Under the pieces are notes generated by a model, which ran no database searches, was not told where the DNA came from, and was given only the letters and a program-made list of their open reading frames with translations. Shown piece after piece: positions 12,201-17,077 of a stretch of 17,077 nt of DNA. Origin of the DNA: Perkinsela sp. CCAP 1560/9 (Eukaryota > Protista > Euglenozoa: Kinetoplastea); assembly GCA_965644495.1 (NCBI GenBank), contig CBFFSA010000085.1, forward strand, positions 1-17,077, in the 5' to 3' direction. The translations under genes and the position numbers were made by a program. Every line of letters starts with the position of its first letter. The stretch's first letter is position 1.

Positions 12201-13327
12201 GACAAAAGAAGTTTGGCTGAAATTGTCTGAAGATTGAAAGGGAGGGTCGAGTCATGCATATTTCGACAAAAGAGAGACACAACATTTAAAAGCTGTTCAA
12301 ATTTGAGCTGTTTTCGAACATGATGAACCAGATCTGCTAGAGTGCTATAAGCAGTGGGACGAAGAGCCTCAATGCATGTCCGGCTAGACCCAACTAAGAT
12401 CGAATCACTGAGTAAAGTGTCAATGTGGACAAGGAAACCAGCAAAGAGAGATGAAGCCAAAATGTGTCGAGTTGCAACCAAAAGTTCGCGCCGAATCGCT
12501 ACTGCTTCAGATGGGCAAGTTGCTAAGATAGAAATAACAGCTTTGGGGATGATGTTTTGGCAAGAGTGGAAGTTCTTGGGGTAGAGTCGGACCAAGTAAG
12601 CCAAAAAAGAGAGCGTTTTGACCTGTGCTGTGACAAAGTCTAAAAAATGTTGTTTATGTTCAGGAGATGCTTGGATAGCCTGTGGAGCAACTTTTTGGTT
12701 CAAGGTTGCGACGATCAAAGGTTTTAACTTTTGGATGTAAGGCTTCAAAAATTTCGAGTACAACTGAAAGAAAATCACGACAATGATTGGACACTCCGCA
12801 AGAACTTTAAAGGATTTCATTGATGGAATGAGCTGGTTTTGATTTCGAGAGATAGTATTTTCGACAAACGCGGCTTTGATAGTCTCTGAGAGATCGGAAT
12901 ATATCTTATAAACGATTTCGAGGAACTGCTGGACATGGGTATCAGAACCTGCTTTGTAACTCTTATGAAGATCGATGATAATTCTGAGACAAATGATTGC
13001 ATTATCCTCATTTTCTTTTTCAAGAAGAAGCATTGCAAGTTTCAAAAGATCGTTGGCGTAAAATCGTAACACATCGTTGATGGGAAGACGGCTCAACGTC
13101 TCCAAAATCGAATTTCGAAGTTTTTGTTCTGTTCCATCTGTCATTTGAATCGTAGTTCCACTTCTCAAGAGCATATAAAAAACAGGAAACAGGTGTTTGA
13201 GAAAATTCGCGTAGTCGTTCGAGTAAACCACATCAATTCGTTCTCGGATTTCACACATTAACTGATACTTTTTGGACAAATCAGTTCCCTGGTCTTGAAG
13301 CTGTTTCGCAACCTCCACCCAATCCAT
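1..13327 (-). CDS. TRRAP: TRRAP/Tra1 transcription-associated protein (PIKK-family pseudokinase, SAGA and NuA4/TIP60 scaffold); spliced and 3'-partial: join(13327..7814,7743..7543,7462..3863,3795..3344,3265..<1)
   Basis: Hand translation gives Tra1/TRRAP motifs in the expected order: SFKVLAECPIIVV, QVKTLSFLAY, RRELLVATRHIL, LRPTAYSTLADLVHHVR, LFRAIGGGKFELLYKEF, LCVELCLTVPVRL, ELCVDNL, LGKMAGRNR, LPKDLLQACLRPTL, LIRFAWHHLKSED, LVRRALDILTP; FAT region LWEEVWLDCARHLCQWD, WRDRLPNRWED, HETAWTVNQFGRTARKQ; kinase N-lobe IEIPGQY and GNDGRTYPF. Four GT-AG introns join the exons in frame. ATG 13327 has context ACAATGG and an upstream in-frame TGA at 13486-13484. The ORF track's 13345 start is a GTG. 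Confidence 0.96.
555..720. repeat. Low-complexity GAA/GAG/GGG tract encoding poly-Ser/Pro in TRRAP
   Basis: Purine-rich triplets on +; reads PSSSSLSTPSSSSSSSPPSSPPSSSS... on the coding strand. Confidence 0.75.
3266..3343 (-). other. TRRAP intron 4 (78 nt, phase 2, in-frame and stop-free)
   Basis: AC|GTATCATTTCTTTTT...ACTAATTTTTTAATCAG|G; removal restores LYLFLGETDLRSGL, matching the TRRAP LYxxLxExDxxxGL motif. Confidence 0.82.
3344..3795 (-). CDS. TRRAP: TRRAP exon 4 (452 nt; region leading into the FAT domain)
   Basis: Hand translation: MLFSRLFPICWKSINQQQK...PNPIQTLL...PPVLIRALGERFNAPYAALRLLE...LCDLYLFLGE. Absent from the ORF track because the frame has no stop within the window. Confidence 0.88.
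3796..3862 (-). other. TRRAP intron 3 (67 nt, phase 0)
   Basis: CAG|GTAATT...T-tract-CAAG|ATG; joins DKLSAQ to MLFSRLFPICWK, which resembles the TRRAP LWxxLFPxxW motif. Confidence 0.86.
3863..7462 (-). CDS. TRRAP: TRRAP exon 3 (1200 codons; central HEAT repeats, bipartite NLS)
   Basis: ORF 3812..7423 extended 13 codons upstream to the acceptor; ends at CAG|GTAATT. Confidence 0.92.
5867..5914 (-). other. Predicted bipartite nuclear localisation signal KR-x10-KRRK in TRRAP
   Basis: KRSKQTEGAQSSKRRK fits the classical bipartite pattern and lies just after the LLINWE motif, where I recall human TRRAP also has its bipartite NLS. Confidence 0.7.
7463..7542 (-). other. TRRAP intron 2 (80 nt, phase 0)
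   Basis: GAG|GTTTTTT...CTTGCTAG|TCA; the spliced product YPKE-SCDYFLQRL is in frame with ORF 3812..7423. Confidence 0.88.
7543..7743 (-). CDS. TRRAP: TRRAP exon 2 (67 codons)
   Basis: ICAILRIFHLLP...PYLSPLVKYFNVYPKE resembles the conserved TRRAP segment I recall as ICAAIINLFHLIP...PFREPLIKFLTRHP. Confidence 0.9.
7744..7813 (-). other. TRRAP intron 1 (70 nt, phase 0)
   Basis: AAG|GTATTT...TTAATTTAG|ATG; AT-rich; joins KWTK to MPPKHDD in frame. Confidence 0.88.
7814..13327 (-). CDS. TRRAP: TRRAP exon 1 (1838 codons; N-terminal HEAT repeats)
   Basis: ORF 7784..13345 read from the first ATG; ends ...LLEHFKKWTK at AAG|GTATTTTTT, after which the ORF becomes poly-Phe intron sequence. Confidence 0.92.
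11838..11945. repeat. Degenerate (GAN)n trinucleotide tract encoding poly-Ser in TRRAP
   Basis: GAA/GAT/GAG runs on +; encodes PSSPSSSLPDSSSS...SSPS on the minus strand. Confidence 0.75.
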
Positions 13328-13805
13328 TGTTGGTTTGGTGGACACTCTTCTTGAAGAGAGAGAAGAACTATATTTTTTGACTTTGTGTGAGGAGCAAAAA
13401 AAAAAGAGATCGATCCGAAAGTGTGTGGTCTTCTTGTTTTCGAGTGAAGTTCGAAAAAAAAAACAGTTGCAAAAACCAACAAATCAAAAAAAAATAAAAA
13501 AGGAAAATATGTTCCACGTGGAGAGTCTCGATTGGATAAAGTGGATCGAGTTCGAACCTGCTAACAGATCTTTTTTTGTTTGAATTAAAACGAAATAATT
13601 TTGGGGGGTGACACCACTCATTTTTGGGCGTTTTTTGTTTTATTTTTTTCAGGTGACGTTTTGCGCGTTCTTTCGTTTTGTTTTTTTTTTTCTTCCTTTT
13701 CTTTTTTGATGTTTTCATGGTAATCTGGTCGTTTCCCACACAAAAGATATCTTGATTGAGAGTGAGGGATAATTAAAAACCACCCTCCTTCAAGAAAAAA
13801 GAAAA
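13328..13805. promoter_or_regulatory. Divergent intergenic region: putative bidirectional promoter and 5' UTRs
   Basis: 478 bp between head-to-head ATGs; A-tracts on the left and T-tracts on the right; palindromes TCCACGTGGA (13513-13522, E-box core) and GTTCGAAC (13550-13557) lie near the switch. Confidence 0.7.
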
Positions 13806-14204
13806 ATGACTTCTCCCCTTCGGAAAAGTACCCCTAAGATGAACCGACATCATTCTCCCACTAATTCAACCCGACCGAGCCCAACAACAACACCAACTCG
13901 AACAGTCCCTTCTCCGACTCTCTCTCGCACCACAGGTCAACCTGGAAGGCAACAAGATATCCTTTCACACATTCAATCAGCTCGAAATCAAGGTGACACT
14001 CCCACTGATGGGACAGATATTTGGGGTTATCTTTATACAAAGAAAACAGGACCCAAAAAATCAGCCAACAGGGTCATTGTCGAGTTAGATGAAGTTGAAG
14101 GGATAATTCTTCGATTAGAGGGCTATTTAAGTAAGAAGGGTGAGGGAATTGCAGCTGGTTTTAAGAAACGTTGGTTTGTCTTTGATGTTCGAGAAGATTC
14201 TCAG
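13806..14204 (+). CDS. PH protein exon 1 (133 codons; S/T/P-rich N-terminus, PH strands 1-2)
   Basis: ORF 13806..14249 up to DSQ|GT, followed by a T-rich tract. Confidence 0.85.
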
Positions 14205-17077
14205 GTGGTCATTTCTTTTTCTTTCTTTTCTTTTCTTTTTTTTTTTTGAAACTTTCAAAAACCTCTTCGAACAACCCCCCCCCCCTTTTTTTTTTAACGA
14301 TTGCTTTAAATCCAGAAATTGTTGTACTATGAGAATAGGGAGATGAAGCGATTAATGGGTTTTATCGACCTCGCCAAAGTTTACGAAATCAGAAGGACTC
14401 CTGGTGTTTGTGAATTTGAGCTTTTAACTGAAACTCGAATCTACATTCTTCAGGTTCAAAAAATCCAAACTTTTTCTTTTTCTTTTTCTTGGATTTCTTG
14501 GATTCTTTTTTTCCCTCTATCTTTCCTTGAAATTTATTTGAGCGAGTGTAGGCTGAAGCAGAACCAGATTTGATGAAGTGGACCAATCAGTTGACCAACT
14601 ATTATGGTGTATCTGACTTGCCTTCTGATGATAGTGACGATGATGGTTTAGATGAGATTGCAAAAGGTTCAATTAATTTTAAAGCAGGATTCCCAGAGAA
14701 GATCTTGAATCAAATTGAACCACACCCAAATGATGATCAGTTGAACCGGTTTTTCTCTTTATCTCTCTCGAATCGGGATCGAGTATTACTTCGAGATGTA
14801 CAAACAAGCGCGAAAGGAACTTGTACAAAGCCTCGTTTGTTAAAATTTGATACTGCCGCTGAATCAAATGACAGACCTTTTTTAAATTTGGTACTGGAGC
14901 TGGATGATGAACAAAACAACCCCCATAAAATTAAACGAGCTCACTTTGACAGAATGGTTGGATATGGGGGAATCCTTTTCTATGTTGAACTTGTTGAAGA
15001 AAATACAGATGATTCAGACTCGTCTAGCCCAGTACGAACTCTGATCTCTCCTGGAATTTGGCTTTTTATTCGTCTCTGCATTCTTGATGAAGAAGGGAAA
15101 TTAGTTGATGTTCCAGGAACCAAAGACACCAAAAATATGTTTGGAGTTCACGATTTAAATTGTAAAAAGTGCCGATTGTCCCGTGAATGTGATGATCCTT
15201 GTAAAAGTGTGCGCAAGGTACCAGGGAAGGAACAAGAGATCTCTTTAAACATTTTATTATGCTTCCTTTCAGAAGGGGAGCAAAATGGAGATCTCGAGCG
15301 AGTCTTGAGTCAAACTTTTTTACATATGACAGTGCTTGGAATACGAGATGCAGGGGTAATGTCGAAAGGCTTTTCCGTGCATGCGGCAGGAACGATTGAA
15401 GATGAGAGTTTCAAGCAGGTGGGATCACAACAACAACAACTTAAACGACGGAAGAGTGCAGGAAAAAATGAGATAAAAAGGGAGTCTAAGTTAACTAAGG
15501 AGAAAATAGAGCCTCAAGAACAAAGTTGTCCCTCATCATCAGCCAGGATCCATCAACCGATTCGGTCAAAGAGTACTTTCTCCCAATTAACACCACGCCT
15601 TGAGAGGCGCCAGGTTCTTTTTCTTTTCTCTCTCTCTCTTCTCTCTCAACATTTGGGACTCACAAAAACTTTTAACCCCCCAAGACCTTATTTGACTCGT
15701 CGCCGTCAAGGAAGAGCCTTTCGGGTGGAAAAGGAGTACAACGAAATCAGATGGAATTTGGTCCTGATGCAAAACCCAACAAAGAGTGGGTTGTCAGATC
15801 CATGGAGAATTGGCAAAAAACACGGGGGTCTTTAGTTTTCGCTGAAGAACACCTCTCTTTTCTCAATCCTCAAAAATTTCCTGCCATTGCTTTTTCAAGC
15901 ACTACACAACGCCCTTTACTTGTTTTGTCAGTTGCTTTAGAAAGAGAGGGGCGTGGTTCACAAGAAGAGAAACAAGAGGATCAGTTGATGCATCAAGTTT
16001 TCAAGTGCTGCCAAGATTCTCTTAAAATTCCCTCTCAACTTGCAAAATGTTTGGTGTCTCTTCAACCCAAAAAAGAGTCTGAGGAGTATGGAGATGAAAT
16101 TGGTTTTTTCCCTCTCTTTCCCAACCTTTTTTTTTTCCAACAAATTTTGGCTGATGTACTCACATTTTCTTTTCAGATGATTCAGTGAGCCTTTCGCTTT
16201 TTGATTCGGAACTCGCTTTCTTACAATCAGCATCATCTCTAAAATTTCTTTCCCATCACCTTCACTCCCTCAATCCATCTGTGGTGGTCGTGGTATTAAA
16301 TTGTGTATCACCTGACCATCTGCCAGAAGATACATTAACGAAAACATCGAAGCTTTTGATGATTTTCACACGATTAATATGTCAATCTGGATCTGCTGAT
16401 TTTCTCTATTTTGTCAACTTTGATCCATCTTTAGATCATAATATAACACCCCCATCACCTTCACCTCCACCATCTGTACCTCCAGCATTACCTTCCTCAA
16501 CCTTTCAATCATCATCACCAACAATGGTGGCGTCACCCCAACGTGTATCACCACGCTCATCGAACCACCGAAGTCCACCGGTACCCCCTCGCCAGATATC
16601 TCCATCTTCTATTCCTTTAACCTCTTCTTTTCCTTCCCCGCCACCACTCAAACCATCCAGTCCTCCCCCTCAGGTACAAGATGACTCAGACTCGCCAAAT
16701 CCATGGAGCTCTTTGATTCTTGAATCTACAAGTACATTCCTTCTTCTTCTTGAGAGTATTCTCTTGGCCACCCGCACTAAACCATTTGTTCTTCTCAATT
16801 TCAAGAATCAATTTTTTTTAAAATCTCCATCAAAGACAATAGCAAAGCTCGCTCATATGTTAACCTCAGCACCAACAAACAACGCAAGATGTCTGTTATC
16901 AGAAGATGCTTATTGGTTGACTCCAGTCTTCTTGCCAATTTCTTCACCATTCCCTCCTCGCAAAGGATTTCGTCATTTGAATTACTTTATGGATGATCTG
17001 CCACCACCAATTGTGACTAAGTCTTCTTCTTCTGATGTCCTTCTTCGTCAAGCTGGAAGAGGAAGTCCCTCAATTTC
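13806..17077 (+). CDS. Uncharacterised pleckstrin-homology (PH) domain protein; spliced and 3'-partial: join(13806..14204,14316..14453,14552..15613,15685..16102,16177..>17077)
   Basis: Splicing assembles a canonical PH domain: LEGYLSKKGEGIAAGFKKRWFVF...KLLYYE...GFIDL...FELLTETRIYILQAEAEPDLMKWTNQL. ATG context AAAAATGA with an upstream in-frame TAA at 13770. Four GT-AG introns keep the frame, and the last exon is open to the window end. Confidence 0.88.
14205..14315 (+). other. PH gene intron 1 (111 nt, phase 0; alternative in-frame donor at 14208)
   Basis: CAG|GTGGTCATTTC...AAATCCAG|AAA; contains T-runs, a C11T10 tract and an in-frame TGA at 14247. Confidence 0.8.
14316..14453 (+). CDS. PH protein exon 2 (46 codons; PH strands 3-7)
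   Basis: KLLYYENREMKRLMGFIDLAKVYEIRRTPGVCEFELLTETRIYILQ. Confidence 0.88.
14454..14551 (+). other. PH gene intron 2 (98 nt, phase 0)
   Basis: CAG|GTTCAA...GTGTAG|GCT; gives YILQ-AEAEPDLMKW, the typical PH beta7-to-helix junction. Confidence 0.85.
14552..15613 (+). CDS. PH protein exon 3 (354 codons)
   Basis: Frame of ORF 14570..15835, ending LERRQ|GTTCTTTTT before a CT-rich tract. Confidence 0.85.
15614..15684 (+). other. PH gene intron 3 (71 nt, phase 0)
   Basis: CAG|GTTCTTTTTC...TTTAACCCCCCAAG|ACC; shifts into the frame of ORF 15751..16188. Confidence 0.75.
15685..16102 (+). CDS. PH protein exon 4 (418 nt)
   Basis: TLFDSSPSRKSLSGGKGVQRNQ-MEFGPDAK...EEYGDEI; open frame bounded by splice sites. 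Confidence 0.78.
16103..16176 (+). other. PH gene intron 4 (74 nt, phase 1)
   Basis: TTG|GTTTTTTC...TTTTCTTTTCAG|AT; leads into a stop-free frame that runs to the window end. Confidence 0.8.
16177..17077 (+). CDS. PH protein exon 5, 3'-partial (includes a Pro/Ser-rich region)
   Basis: Hand translation with no stop over about 300 codons: DSVSLSLFDSELAFLQ...PPSPSPPPSVPP...RSPPVPPRQ...PWSSLILES...LLRQAGRGSPSI. Not in the ORF track. Confidence 0.82.

Noticed and set aside
111-13038. Other short ORFs (60-150 aa) overlapping TRRAP on either strand
   Set aside because: They lie wholly within a conserved coding frame and have no recognisable motifs.
13510-13580. tRNA gene suggested by GTTCGAAC
   Set aside because: No 5-bp T stem, anticodon arm or acceptor stem on either strand; kept only as a speculative motif finding.
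13621-13670. E2F-like (TTTGGGCG, TTTTGCGCG) and CRE half-site (TGACG) motifs
   Set aside because: Imperfect or very short matches that cannot be distinguished from chance.
13258-13739. Lys/Phe-rich ORFs in the intergenic region (13258..13482, 13335..13583, 13368..13739)
   Set aside because: They are translations of A/T homopolymer tracts.
15614-15835. C-terminal 73 codons of ORF 14570..15835 as the true end of the protein
   Set aside because: They begin with a CT-rich intron-like tract; splicing 15614-15684 links to a continuous downstream frame instead.
1-17077. Alternative genetic code or stop-codon readthrough
   Set aside because: All exons translate without internal stops under the standard code. 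Neither gene's stop codon is in the window, so stop usage cannot be assessed.

Overview
Eukaryotic genomic DNA with short GT-AG introns and serine-rich low-complexity coding sequence; a protist, possibly amoebozoan, is my inference from composition only. Two genes lie head-to-head across a 478-bp intergenic region, and both run off the window. On the minus strand is a very large TRRAP/Tra1 PIKK-family pseudokinase (ATG 13327, five exons, 4344 codons in the window, reaching the start of the kinase-like domain at position 1). The ORF track misses exons 4-5 because that frame has no stop before the window edge. On the plus strand is an unrecognised PH-domain protein (ATG 13806, five exons, at least 972 codons) with a possible split PH domain wrapped around an intact one, a Cys/His cluster and a PPVPPR SH3-ligand motif. 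The most notable observations are that none of the 8 inferred splice donors has +5G, that one TRRAP intron is in-frame and stop-free, the nested-PH architecture, and a palindrome-rich bidirectional promoter. I found no RNA genes, mobile elements or CRISPR arrays, and no clear new multi-gene system.
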